A stretch of DNA of 64,000 nucleotides, taken from an uncultured Candidatus Poseidoniales archaeon (GTDB lineage: Archaea > Thermoplasmatota > Poseidoniia > Poseidoniales > Poseidoniaceae). The first letter of the stretch is position 1. Each line of letters begins with the position of its first letter. The notes below the pieces were generated by a model. It was not told the DNA's origin. It saw only the letters and a list, made by a program, of their open reading frames with translations, and did not search any database. Position numbers and translations under genes: made by a program. Below are positions 45,954 through 55,481 of this stretch, piece after piece. Where the stretch lies: positions 6,762 to 70,761 of the forward strand of contig CACLCM010000001.1 of assembly GCA_902605365.1 (NCBI GenBank). Reading direction: 5' to 3'.

Positions 45954-46760
45954 TTATTCGATGCAGTAGGGGCAGGAAACTCCTCTTACGAAATCAGGAC
46001 TCTGCGCTTGTTCTGGAGTTAGCGGCTCTCTACAAGCCCAGCAAACTTCAGAGTCTGTTACACTGAGATCTCCCAATACTCCGACACGCCTATCGAACAC
46101 GAAGCATTCTCCATCCCAGTGTGCTCCACCAGTCTTTTCGAAATAGTTCAGGATTCCACCATTGATTTGGTAGACTTCCTCATATCCTTCGTTTAGCATT
46201 ACTACACTGGCTTTCTCACAACGAATACCGCCAGTGCAGAACATTACCACTGGCTTATCTTTTGGAATATCACATTCCTCTACTGCCTTAGGGAATGCTC
46301 GGAAACTTTCGATATCGAAATCAACAGCTCCCTCAAAGGTCCCCATTCTAACTTCGTAGTCATTACGTGTATCGAGAATTGTAACTTCTTTCCCATCATC
46401 CAGCCATTGTTTGAACACTTCAGGGTCGATGTGCGTCCCTGTATATTCGTGAGGCTTTACAGTAGGAACTCCCATTGAGATGATCTCTTTTTTGAGGCGA
46501 ACATTCATCTTTCTAAATGCGCATTCATCAGATTCAGAGTACTTTACCCAGATGTCCTCAAACCTAGAATCTGACTTAATATGTTCAACAAAAATATCGA
46601 TTTTTTCTCTTGGTGCTGAAAGGAATATGTTGATTCCCTCTGGTGACAAAAGAATGGTTCCATAGATTCCATGAGAATCACAGAACTCCTTCAGTGGTGC
46701 TCTTAATTCTTCGAATTTCGGCATATCAAGAAACTTGTATGCTGAAATATTGGTCCACAT
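45954..46760 (-). CDS. trhO: Rhodanese-domain tRNA uridine(34) hydroxylase (TrhO/YceA, UPF0176 family)
   Basis: Conserved N-terminal ISAYKF...EGIN block. Rhodanese active-site CTGGIRCEK. Confidence 0.7.
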   Translation of the reverse strand: MWTNISAYKFLDMPKFEELRAPLKEFCDSHGIYGTILLSPEGINIFLSAPREKIDIFVEHIKSDSRFEDIWVKYSESDECAFRKMNVRLKKEIISMGVPTVKPHEYTGTHIDPEVFKQWLDDGKEVTILDTRNDYEVRMGTFEGAVDFDIESFRAFPKAVEECDIPKDKPVVMFCTGGIRCEKASVVMLNEGYEEVYQINGGILNYFEKTGGAHWDGECFVFDRRVGVLGDLSVTDSEVCWACREPLTPEQAQSPDFVRGVSCPYCIE

Positions 46761-46770
46761 CTGAATTACC

Positions 46771-47187
46771 TCAAGCAGTCTTTACACCTTCAGGCCATAG
46801 AACAAGAATCAGTGTTTTTCCACGTGTCCTCGGTGTGTGTTCGCTTTCACTATCCATCCAGACAATTGAGCCTTCGGGGTAAGTTCCATCTTCATCCCAG
46901 ACTTCTCCTTTTAGTACAAGATACGCCTCTCCTCTTGGATGACTATGTGGCATGAATGCATCAACTTCAACTTCTGAGTTTGCTTCATAGAGTACCAATG
47001 ATGTCTTTTCTTCTCGCTTTAGTTTACCCAGGCGAACTCCTGTTCCAAAATCTCGCCAAGAAATATTCTCTTCAAGCCATTCTTCGTCGATAGAGAAACT
47101 GAGCCATTGAGACATATCGTGAGTGAACACCATGTTAGTTGGAATGAGCAATATGACTTGATTACTTCGGTTTAGAATTTTAATCAA
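46771..47187 (-). CDS. Cupin-domain protein (ChrR-like cupin)
   Basis: HSHPRGEAYLVLKGEVWDE...EHTP cupin motifs. Confidence 0.5.
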   Translation of the reverse strand: MIKILNRSNQVILLIPTNMVFTHDMSQWLSFSIDEEWLEENISWRDFGTGVRLGKLKREEKTSLVLYEANSEVEVDAFMPHSHPRGEAYLVLKGEVWDEDGTYPEGSIVWMDSESEHTPRTRGKTLILVLWPEGVKTA

Positions 47188-47887
47188 TCATTGCAATATT
47201 TGGCATGAATCCAAGAACTGTAATGTCGATCTGTATCGTTTCATCATTGTCATTATTCTGGGTAGGGATTTGCGAAGTTTGCACATCAACACTAACTTCT
47301 AGCGTAAGCGTCCCAATTCCGTATCCGTCAAGTTTCCATGGGTCTAAAGCAATCACTTTATTGTCGGCTTCAGTCTCATAACTCTCTCCATTATATCCTG
47401 GATAAGTCAGTAATTCGAGGTTAATTGTTTCGCATGAATTCGAACCGCCATTCAGATTATTATTTTCATCTAGCCACTGTGCTGGATATTCGGTTTGGAC
47501 AAGTGTAGCTTGTACTGAATCGCAGGGATCTGCAACATTTTGGGATGTTTCACTGTATGATATTTGGACTTGTATTATACCAATTCTAAAATCATCAGGC
47601 AATTCTGATAAATCGATTTCAAAATCTAAAACCTCTTCTGTACCATCTGCAATTATAACCGATTCAGATATTGCATATGTTGATTCTTCAAAAGATATTG
47701 ACCAGTCATCAAGAAATCTAACTTCATCATGTAATTCAGAGTTTTTTATTCCCAATGAATAGTAGATTTTTACAGTTATCAAAAGTAAAGCAACACCAAA
47801 AACGGCTAATGTTGAGCGTGTATCTTTGTCACCAACAAATGTCGCAGTAGGTTTCATTAAATCTTGAATAAACGTATTTTCTTCCAT
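47180..47887 (-). CDS. Secreted/N-terminally anchored hypothetical protein
   Basis: N-terminal hydrophobic segment LAVFGVALLLITVKIYY; ORF only. Confidence 0.4.
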   Translation of the reverse strand: MEENTFIQDLMKPTATFVGDKDTRSTLAVFGVALLLITVKIYYSLGIKNSELHDEVRFLDDWSISFEESTYAISESVIIADGTEEVLDFEIDLSELPDDFRIGIIQVQISYSETSQNVADPCDSVQATLVQTEYPAQWLDENNNLNGGSNSCETINLELLTYPGYNGESYETEADNKVIALDPWKLDGYGIGTLTLEVSVDVQTSQIPTQNNDNDETIQIDITVLGFMPNIAMID

Positions 47888-47891
47888 TTAA

Positions 47892-49244
47892 TCACCCCAG
47901 TTTTATCGCCGAATTCAGAATCGACAAAATCAATCCGAAAATAATGATTGTTAAAACAGAAGTCTGTAAAACATCAGTTTCATTATCAGCAAATTCAGCA
48001 AATTGTATTTCTCCCAAACTTTCCAAATATTGAGTAGTTGATTCTTTAGATTGCAAGAATTTTTCCATTATTCTTCTTTCCCATCCAATTGCAGCAGCAA
48101 TTCCAATTGCTAATACTGCAGATGTAATAATTTCACCAATCGGAATAATTGATTGAATCATTTCAATCAGTGTTGAGGATGCTATGACTACCAGGACAAT
48201 TACCATGGCTCTTGCAAAGAGGCCATTTCCGTCTTCAGAAGTATCAACTAAATTATAATTCAGTAAAACATACATCAGCAGCAGTGGTTGAACAAGATAT
48301 CCTGCTGTGGTATTAGTGAATGTGTTGTAAATTAACCACGATTCAGGCAAGCCATCGCATGTAGCGTATATGCAATCTTCAAGTGTGTCAAATATACTAT
48401 AATCTGCAATGAAACTGATAATTCCTACTATGAACCAAGCAAATACAACGCTGGTCAAGACGCTGTTTCCTTTTCTCGATGCGCGCAGACCTTCTCCGAT
48501 AAACATCGCTAAGAGGGTAGTTACAGCACTTCCAAGAAGTACACTTCTTGCAATAAAGAAGTATGTTGGATTGAGTTCAGGATCGATGTTTGCTACCCAA
48601 ACTGGAGTTGACCACTTTTCAGGTATTGTCAACCAGAGCAACCAATCAGTCAACCAATAGCCAACAAATGCAATTGCAAGTAATCCTGAAGCCGAAGATA
48701 TTACTCTAGCATTTTCATCTCCAAATCGTAATTCCTTCAAAGAAAACCTAACGTAAGTGAATCCAAAGAGAATAATTGGTATTCCATGAAGTCCAAGCCT
48801 AATCAACCAAGTTTCATAGGGATAGAAAACGTGTAGGCCTGAAATAAATAATGTAAATATTAAGATAAATGCAGATACAATTTTCTTAGAGTTTGCAGTC
48901 TGTAAAAACGGAAACGGGAAGAATAGAGGGATCACACACAGGATTGCTATTTCAGCAGATCTTGCTACAATTTCTAGCATCGAGAAAAAGAGTACCGAAT
49001 CAGTTTGTTCTGGGAACTGATACAAACTGTAGGTACTGGGTCCGGTCCACAATTCCCCACCTTGCATGTAACTACTAAACAACCCAAGTCCAGAGAAAAA
49101 CAGGAAAAATGCAAGTAATTTTGCCGCAAATAATTCATTCCATGCATTAGTCTTCGTTCTCTTAGCTAATACAAATGTAATCACTGCAAGTACAATGTTA
49201 ACCAGTGCTGAGATTGCTTCAAGAGATTTGAAATCTGCATACAT
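47892..49244 (-). CDS. Polytopic integral membrane protein (about 12 TM), unknown function
   Basis: Hydropathy; co-directional with the downstream secreted protein. Confidence 0.5.
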   Translation of the reverse strand: MYADFKSLEAISALVNIVLAVITFVLAKRTKTNAWNELFAAKLLAFFLFFSGLGLFSSYMQGGELWTGPSTYSLYQFPEQTDSVLFFSMLEIVARSAEIAILCVIPLFFPFPFLQTANSKKIVSAFILIFTLFISGLHVFYPYETWLIRLGLHGIPIILFGFTYVRFSLKELRFGDENARVISSASGLLAIAFVGYWLTDWLLWLTIPEKWSTPVWVANIDPELNPTYFFIARSVLLGSAVTTLLAMFIGEGLRASRKGNSVLTSVVFAWFIVGIISFIADYSIFDTLEDCIYATCDGLPESWLIYNTFTNTTAGYLVQPLLLMYVLLNYNLVDTSEDGNGLFARAMVIVLVVIASSTLIEMIQSIIPIGEIITSAVLAIGIAAAIGWERRIMEKFLQSKESTTQYLESLGEIQFAEFADNETDVLQTSVLTIIIFGLILSILNSAIKLG

Positions 49245-49356
49245 GGCTACCGTTTCTCCTATTTGGTCGGGCTTAAAGACCTATTTAGGCAATCTCCCTG
49301 CTTGCATTCTTAACCATCGCTGTTGACCCTTAATTCAAAAAGGAGGAATACTAAGC

Positions 49357-50169
49357 ATGGGTGTGACCCAACCATTAGGATTGGCCGAAATCCCACCAAA
49401 TGACGTGTGGGACCTGTACATTTGGTTTCTCCTTATTCCTGCAATACTCAGAGGTTTACTACTCGCTAGACCCTTCCTTTCAGTCACCAAGCAACTCGCC
49501 CCGCATGGTGGTTGGGTTTTGAAGCGACTGAGAGAATTGCCAGTCAGAGGCTATACTTTACTCGCAGTCAACGAAATACTCGCATTTTCATTACCCATTG
49601 CAGTTGTATTGTTATTTAGATTTACAACAGATCCACTTGGGTGGCCTTCATGGTCTGAATCTAATTGGTTTGGATTGTTTTTGTTATTCTGTCTAGCATC
49701 TTTGTGGCTTCTTTTCGACTTCTATCGTGTAATGCGGGTAAGAAGAATGTTGAAGACAATTCAGAAACAAAATATTGCTCGTTTGAAGAAGATGGCAGAT
49801 ACTGGATTCAAGTTACGAGAATGGCTTCGAAAGTTTTCTCGAAGAGATAAAGCTGAGGAAATTGAAGATGAAGCTGTAGTGGCTGCAGTTGCAAAAACCT
49901 CCTTGAAAGCATGGGGGCTATTGGCATTCAAAGCTCGTAAATTAACACCTGCAGGATTAGTTGGTGCAGTGGCTACAGGAGCCGCTATTGAACTAACTAG
50001 AAGAGGTGCAGGAGTTGTTTCTGACAAGATTGATGACAAGATGCAAGAGGAGTTTGAGAAAATTTCGATTGCTAATAGTAAAACATTGATGCAATTATTC
50101 CTGCGAGATTTTGCAATGGGAATCGCTCCATTACTCGCATTGTGGCTAATTCCACTGCTATTACCTTGA
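49357..50169 (+). CDS. Membrane protein, unknown function
   Basis: Hydropathy, ORF. Confidence 0.4.
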   Translation: MGVTQPLGLAEIPPNDVWDLYIWFLLIPAILRGLLLARPFLSVTKQLAPHGGWVLKRLRELPVRGYTLLAVNEILAFSLPIAVVLLFRFTTDPLGWPSWSESNWFGLFLLFCLASLWLLFDFYRVMRVRRMLKTIQKQNIARLKKMADTGFKLREWLRKFSRRDKAEEIEDEAVVAAVAKTSLKAWGLLAFKARKLTPAGLVGAVATGAAIELTRRGAGVVSDKIDDKMQEEFEKISIANSKTLMQLFLRDFAMGIAPLLALWLIPLLLP

Positions 50170-50203
50170 GAAGGTTGAAGGAGCATAGGCCACGCCCCTT
50201 GTA

Positions 50204-50905
50204 ATGAGAGACATGGCGCTTCTCATCCTCATGCGGCACGGACAATCAATGTGGAATGCTGCCAATTTGTTTACTGGTTGGGTTGATGTTCCACTAACCA
50301 ACAAAGGAATTGAGGAAGCAATTTCCGGTGGGAAAGAGATAGCATCGCTTCCAATCGATGAAGTCCACGTCTCAACCTTAATCCGTGCACAGATGACTGC
50401 AATGCTAGCTTTAGCACAGCATGATTCCGGTAAAACTCCTATTTTCCAATACTCTGATAGTGAAGATTCGATGAGTGAAAATGAATCGAGAATGGCTCAA
50501 TGGGCTCAATCAAATGATTCAGGAGAAAATACTCTTCCAGTGCATGTTTCATGGCAACTTAATGAGCGCATGTATGGCGATTTACAAGGTCTAGACAAAC
50601 AAGAAACCCGTGACAAGTATGGCGATGAGCAAGTTCACATTTGGCGCCGTTCATACGATGTACCACCTCCAAATGGTGAGTCGTTAGAATTGACAGCGGC
50701 GCGAACAATTCCTTATCTGCAATCAGAAATCATGTCTTCATTAGAAGAGGGGAAGAATGTGTTCGTAGCAGCTCACGGCAATAGTTTACGCTCAATAGTA
50801 ATGCAAATAGAAGGCTTGTCGAAGGAAGAAGTTCTCAAATTAGAGATTCCAACAGGCCAACCAATTGTCTACGAGTGGTCCCAATCTGGCTGGCATCGCA
50901 GGTGA
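50204..50905 (+). CDS. gpmA: 2,3-bisphosphoglycerate-dependent phosphoglycerate mutase (histidine phosphatase superfamily) with an acidic Ser-rich insertion
   Basis: LILMRHGQSMWNAANLFTGWVDVPLT signature (RHGxSxWN). Distal His block AAHGNSLR. Confidence 0.8.
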   Translation: MRDMALLILMRHGQSMWNAANLFTGWVDVPLTNKGIEEAISGGKEIASLPIDEVHVSTLIRAQMTAMLALAQHDSGKTPIFQYSDSEDSMSENESRMAQWAQSNDSGENTLPVHVSWQLNERMYGDLQGLDKQETRDKYGDEQVHIWRRSYDVPPPNGESLELTAARTIPYLQSEIMSSLEEGKNVFVAAHGNSLRSIVMQIEGLSKEEVLKLEIPTGQPIVYEWSQSGWHRR

Positions 50906-51326
50906 GGATATGTCTGCTGCAAAATGGCAATGGTTGCCCGCAATGTATGTTGCAGGATTACTTTTGATGAATATCATGAGTATTCCTTTGGGCTATTCTG
51001 AAATGCCAGACGAATGTCCAGAAGGATCTCACAACTGTGACTATCGTATAATTGCCTTAGATGTGGGAGAAGAAGAACTTCACGATGCGATGGAAGAATG
51101 GGCGCATGACCGTTCATTTACCACGACATTTAGCCCCGGTCATATCGTTGACAGAACCCTAGTTTTCCAATTTCCAGATGACATCCATTATTCCAACGAA
51201 TGTGGTACAGTTGACTTATTCAGTAAGTCAAGACTTGGCTCATACGACTACGAAGTTAACAGCGATAGATTAGACGAGATTCAAGAATATCTATTGGAAT
51301 ATGATTTCGAAACCACCTGTCAATAA
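50865..51326 (+). CDS. Small secreted/membrane hypothetical protein (start probably the ATG at 50910, MSAAKWQW)
   Basis: ORF with hydrophobic N-terminal segment; overlaps the gpmA 3' end in the track. Confidence 0.35.
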   Translation: MSTSGPNLAGIAGEDMSAAKWQWLPAMYVAGLLLMNIMSIPLGYSEMPDECPEGSHNCDYRIIALDVGEEELHDAMEEWAHDRSFTTTFSPGHIVDRTLVFQFPDDIHYSNECGTVDLFSKSRLGSYDYEVNSDRLDEIQEYLLEYDFETTCQ

Positions 51327-52012
51327 GCGATACCATCTTCGTTTACAAACACGACATTGACTCCTAATCCTGCCTTGTGAAAGGCGATTAGTTCTAGCGA
51401 ATGGATGCGGTGTCCGGTTGGCGCAACTCCCAACACCTTTCGCTTGTCTTTTCTAGAAAACCAAGATTTCTTTTCACCTATAACACGCCTTTCTCCTTCG
51501 ATTCCATCGAACCAGGGGAGTGGCCCTTCCGGGGAGAATTCAATTCCAAGAATAAGGTCAACACCATCTGTAGATTGAGCAGCATCAGCATCTGCTTCGC
51601 TAGGAATGGCGGGACAATTAGGATGAGTATGTAGCCAATGAGTAAACCTTCCAGCACGTGGTCCTCTATCGCTACCAAACACTTCATCTGTCCACTCCTC
51701 TGGTAAATGGTGAACCGAAAATGAGTTGCCACGGTTAACCATCTTTGCTTCATTAATTCGATAACCTTGACCGGCGAAAAGATTGGTCTTCTGGCTCCCA
51801 CCTTGGAATTCAACTTCGATTTCAGGAAGGTTCCGATTTGAGGAAACATCTAGACCAACGAGGATTTCATCTGGTAATGACTTGAAAGCCCATTCAAGAA
51901 TCTCTTCCAAAATACTGGCAGGAAAGTGTACCTGAGCCACATATTCTTCTCGACGGTTATGCGATTCATCATTGTAGATGGCGACCGCATCTGCTAACCA
52001 GTCGCTCACCAT
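51320..52012 (-). CDS. JAMM/MPN-like metalloprotease domain protein
   Basis: Exact H-x-H-x7-S-x2-D motif (HTHPNCPAIPSEAD). Confidence 0.45.
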   Translation of the reverse strand: MVSDWLADAVAIYNDESHNRREEYVAQVHFPASILEEILEWAFKSLPDEILVGLDVSSNRNLPEIEVEFQGGSQKTNLFAGQGYRINEAKMVNRGNSFSVHHLPEEWTDEVFGSDRGPRAGRFTHWLHTHPNCPAIPSEADADAAQSTDGVDLILGIEFSPEGPLPWFDGIEGERRVIGEKKSWFSRKDKRKVLGVAPTGHRIHSLELIAFHKAGLGVNVVFVNEDGIAY

Positions 52013-52102
52013 GTAACGGCGAAGAAGTGCTTAGACATGAAGAAGTCGCAAAATTAGTCTTGTCGGGCAATACTTGAATACCCCCGCTACCACTAAAGCA
52101 CC

Positions 52103-52795
52103 ATGGCGAAGAAGAAAGGTGGCTTGGGGAGATTCCTCGGTGCGTTAACAGGCAGCCCCTATGAACGCCTTCAGAAACAAATCGACAAGGTTGTTTCAGA
52201 AGCAGGAAGCGACAAAGCTCTTGCCAAAACCTTGAAGAAATTAGTCAAGGCTATTGGCCAGCAATATGATGAGGGCAATATCGATGACGAAGAGCATGAT
52301 CTGTTGCTCGAAGACATCGAAGAAAAGGACCCTGAGGGACGTACATTCTCTAAGTTAACAGATGACAGTGACTCATTCTATGACGATGGCGACATGCCGG
52401 ATTCTCCAGAACTAAATCTAGGGAAGCGTAAGAATCTTGATGATTTGATGAAATCTCAAGGAACAGAATTTACTGGCTCTTATGGACGAGATGAATTCGA
52501 AGAATATCGTCAGTCAATGGCTGCTGATTTCTATGCTGAATCTGATGATGCAATCGCAGCGGGCGACCATCAGCATGAAATCCGAACTCAAAACCGAGTA
52601 TTCGCTGATGCGGAAGATGGAATTGGGCAACTAAAGAAACAGATGGCTGAAGAAAGCGGTCTAGAGGACCCTACGGCTACTGAAGAGGATGAGAATTACT
52701 ACACCGATGATGATGGTATCGAATGGTGGAAGGATGATGATGGCTACTGGTGGTACCGTAAGCCTGGTCAAAATGATTGGCAGCCTCACGATTGA
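52103..52795 (+). CDS. Highly acidic hypothetical protein with Trp-rich C-terminus
   Basis: ORF; composition only. Confidence 0.4.
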   Translation: MAKKKGGLGRFLGALTGSPYERLQKQIDKVVSEAGSDKALAKTLKKLVKAIGQQYDEGNIDDEEHDLLLEDIEEKDPEGRTFSKLTDDSDSFYDDGDMPDSPELNLGKRKNLDDLMKSQGTEFTGSYGRDEFEEYRQSMAADFYAESDDAIAAGDHQHEIRTQNRVFADAEDGIGQLKKQMAEESGLEDPTATEEDENYYTDDDGIEWWKDDDGYWWYRKPGQNDWQPHD

Positions 52796-53133
52796 GTAGG
52801 CCATATCTCGAGACTGGAAACCTCGAATTTCACAATACCAATATCTGCACCCAGTTTTACCATTGCATTATTTGCCATTGAGGCAGAACTCATTGCAATT
52901 ATTTTCTTGGGCCTTTTGATTTCAGAATCAAGTAGGTTCCTCAATACTTCCAATCCCTTTGTTGGAGGCATGTAATGGTCCAGCATCAGTATGTCAGGTC
53001 CAAAGTCAAGAATGTGTTGTAAATGCTTACTAGAGTCCCAATATTGCTTGAATTCAATATTGGAAAAGTCAACTCCGCCACTAAGCAGCAGCGCTTCAAT
53101 ATCGACAGAGTCTTCGAAGGCTAGAACCTTCAT
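52786..53133 (-). CDS. Stand-alone CheY-like response-regulator receiver (REC) domain protein
   Basis: Length 115 aa, alternating beta/alpha pattern, acidic pocket (FEDS; ILMLDHYMP). No output domain and no kinase nearby. Confidence 0.6.
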   Translation of the reverse strand: MKVLAFEDSVDIEALLLSGGVDFSNIEFKQYWDSSKHLQHILDFGPDILMLDHYMPPTKGLEVLRNLLDSEIKRPKKIIAMSSASMANNAMVKLGADIGIVKFEVSSLEIWPTQS

Positions 53134-55010
53134 TCTTCAACATCCCACCAATTTGGAACCTCGAACCATTCTGGGGCATTTTCGCTTCTCTCAATTAGCG
53201 GTAGACTTAGTGTTGATGATGAGTCGATATTTACTCCCATTCCTAATGGAGCGCAAGCGCTTGGAAGGTAATCTTCTCCACTTTCTGTCAGAACGATTGA
53301 GATATCATTTCCAGCAGGAATTATTGCATCTATTGGATTGAATTCCATTTGCATTGTGTAAGTGGCAAATGGAATGACGGTTTGAGCTTCATGCCCGCCA
53401 TCTCTGTATCTAACATCCATAGTAGCATGTCCAATCCGTAGACCTTCTGTTGCATCATACATTGTGGCAAATATTTGACCGCCATCACAGCGAGTTGAAA
53501 CCGATAGGTGCAGGGTAGGTAGGCCAGAGATGAAGCGGGCATTTTCTGATGCAGGAATAGTCATAGTAACTCCAGAATTTGCACTTACTGAAGAACCGTC
53601 TGCTGTAACTTGGTCCAGAGTGATAACCTCCCATTCCATGTCTTCAGGTGGCCAGGTATCTTCGACATGCCATTCACCATCATTACGTTGCATCTGAACG
53701 TGAGATTCAGGCTCCTGGCCGTTTCCTTTGAGCCAATATTCGAACCATCCAAAGATTTCGACAGCCCAATCCATTCTGCTCATTTGTGGATATGCTTCAG
53801 CGCCATATCCCGATGTTAATCCACCATGTACTTGCGGTTGGTCTGGATAATTATGTGCCCATTGCCCCATGATTCCTCTAGCAGGAATTCCCGCATCCCT
53901 GAGCAATTGGTAGGTAGGGAAGGCATGGTAAGGGTCAACGTTCCAATCTTGCATTCCCCACACAAGGTAAACACTGCCTTTGTAATTCTCTAATACGTCT
54001 GGAAGGTGTCTTCTTTCATCCCAGTAATCATTCCATTCTGCACCTCCATAGTGTGCCCATAATTGAGTTGTAAACGGATTAAGAGGTCCTATCAAATCAT
54101 CTTGACAAACTCTCAACTCATCAGTTGTTAGATCGCTGGTAGCAGCCTGATATGCTGCATCATAACCTAGGGCTCTAAACTCACTAGATCCGTTTCGATA
54201 GAACATTTCTTGTACGCCAATAGAGCCTGAAATAGGGACGATTGTTTTCAAGTGTTCAGAAGGATTTTGTGCAGCTTCCCAGTTGGTTGTACCCGCATAC
54301 GATTTGCCCATTAGCCCAACATTACCGTTCGACCACTCCTGCTTTCCAAGCCAATCTACAACGGCTTGGATTCCTGTTTGCTCTCCCAATCCTTTGACAT
54401 CTTGGCAGTGTGTAGATTTACCAGTTCCAAAAGTTGATGATTGTGCGAGTGCATATCCATGGGAGATGAAATTGTCGTACACCCAAGCGCCAATTCCACC
54501 ATCGGGAACTGTGTTTGGATTCGAATCATCGCCAACACCAGGCATGCCTTCACCACCAAAGTCGTAGTACGGATGAATTGTCATTATTACTGGAACAGTT
54601 ACTCCTTCAGGAACATCTGGCAACCACAAAGCAACATGCATAACATCATCCTCAGGGAAGCCTGCATCCTCTTCGGAAGCAGGTAATTCTACAGAGACAT
54701 AGTGTTCTGTGTATGTGAGCACCTCATATGGCTCGTGTGAAGATGGGGGCGGCAAAACCGACCTCGCTTGTGTTAGATTCAAATCCATCTTATGTCTCTC
54801 ATGCAAAGGTGTTTGCCACCACTCTGTCGATTGGTTAGAACCTATCTCATCGGTTACCACTTGACCTATTCCAATGCCCAAGAAAAGGAATACAATTGCA
54901 ACAGCAATAGTTGCCCCTAGAGTGAAATTAAGAGCACCATTGCCCGAGTCCGGCGTGATTTCAGCCTCGAACACCTCCTCTTCCATCATACGCGACGAAC
55001 CATTTCTCAC
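53130..55010 (-). CDS. Membrane-anchored CocE/NonD-family S15 peptidase, paralog of 43019..44911
   Basis: N-terminal TM LGATIAVAIVFLFLGIGIGQVV. GKSYAGT nucleophile elbow; same architecture and length as the paralog. Confidence 0.75.
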   Translation of the reverse strand: MRNGSSRMMEEEVFEAEITPDSGNGALNFTLGATIAVAIVFLFLGIGIGQVVTDEIGSNQSTEWWQTPLHERHKMDLNLTQARSVLPPPSSHEPYEVLTYTEHYVSVELPASEEDAGFPEDDVMHVALWLPDVPEGVTVPVIMTIHPYYDFGGEGMPGVGDDSNPNTVPDGGIGAWVYDNFISHGYALAQSSTFGTGKSTHCQDVKGLGEQTGIQAVVDWLGKQEWSNGNVGLMGKSYAGTTNWEAAQNPSEHLKTIVPISGSIGVQEMFYRNGSSEFRALGYDAAYQAATSDLTTDELRVCQDDLIGPLNPFTTQLWAHYGGAEWNDYWDERRHLPDVLENYKGSVYLVWGMQDWNVDPYHAFPTYQLLRDAGIPARGIMGQWAHNYPDQPQVHGGLTSGYGAEAYPQMSRMDWAVEIFGWFEYWLKGNGQEPESHVQMQRNDGEWHVEDTWPPEDMEWEVITLDQVTADGSSVSANSGVTMTIPASENARFISGLPTLHLSVSTRCDGGQIFATMYDATEGLRIGHATMDVRYRDGGHEAQTVIPFATYTMQMEFNPIDAIIPAGNDISIVLTESGEDYLPSACAPLGMGVNIDSSSTLSLPLIERSENAPEWFEVPNWWDVEE

Positions 55011-55024
55011 TCATCAGCCTTCGC

Positions 55025-55474
55025 TTGTTTGACTTCATCAGTACAAATCCTCAAAGAGTGAATTGTATAGGAGTAAATATGAGCGAACATTACACTGTAG
55101 CAGGCCAAACAATACCCAATCTTACCGCAGGATATGGTGGTTTTCTAATTCTCTGGGGAGTTGTAATTTCTCAGTTATCAGATTCTAATTCGATAACTTC
55201 GTATTTTCCATCTCTGCTAGGAATACCTCTCCTACTGTCGGGAGTACTGGCAATGAAAATGCCTGAAAAGAGAAAACTTTGGATGCACATCGCCGCAACG
55301 TTTGGACTACTGTGTGCTATCGGCGGCACTCGTTTCTTCATGGTAATGGGAGATGGTCTGAATTATGCTTCAAGTTCAATGCTTATGCTACTCTTGACTG
55401 GCTCAGCATTCACTTATTTCTGCGTTCAATCCTTTATTCACGCAAGAAAAGCCAGAGAAGCCTTGGAAGAATGA
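55025..55474 (+). CDS. Small integral membrane protein (4 TM)
   Basis: Hydropathy. Confidence 0.4.
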   Translation: MFDFISTNPQRVNCIGVNMSEHYTVAGQTIPNLTAGYGGFLILWGVVISQLSDSNSITSYFPSLLGIPLLLSGVLAMKMPEKRKLWMHIAATFGLLCAIGGTRFFMVMGDGLNYASSSMLMLLLTGSAFTYFCVQSFIHARKAREALEE

Positions 55475-55481
55475 TTTCATC

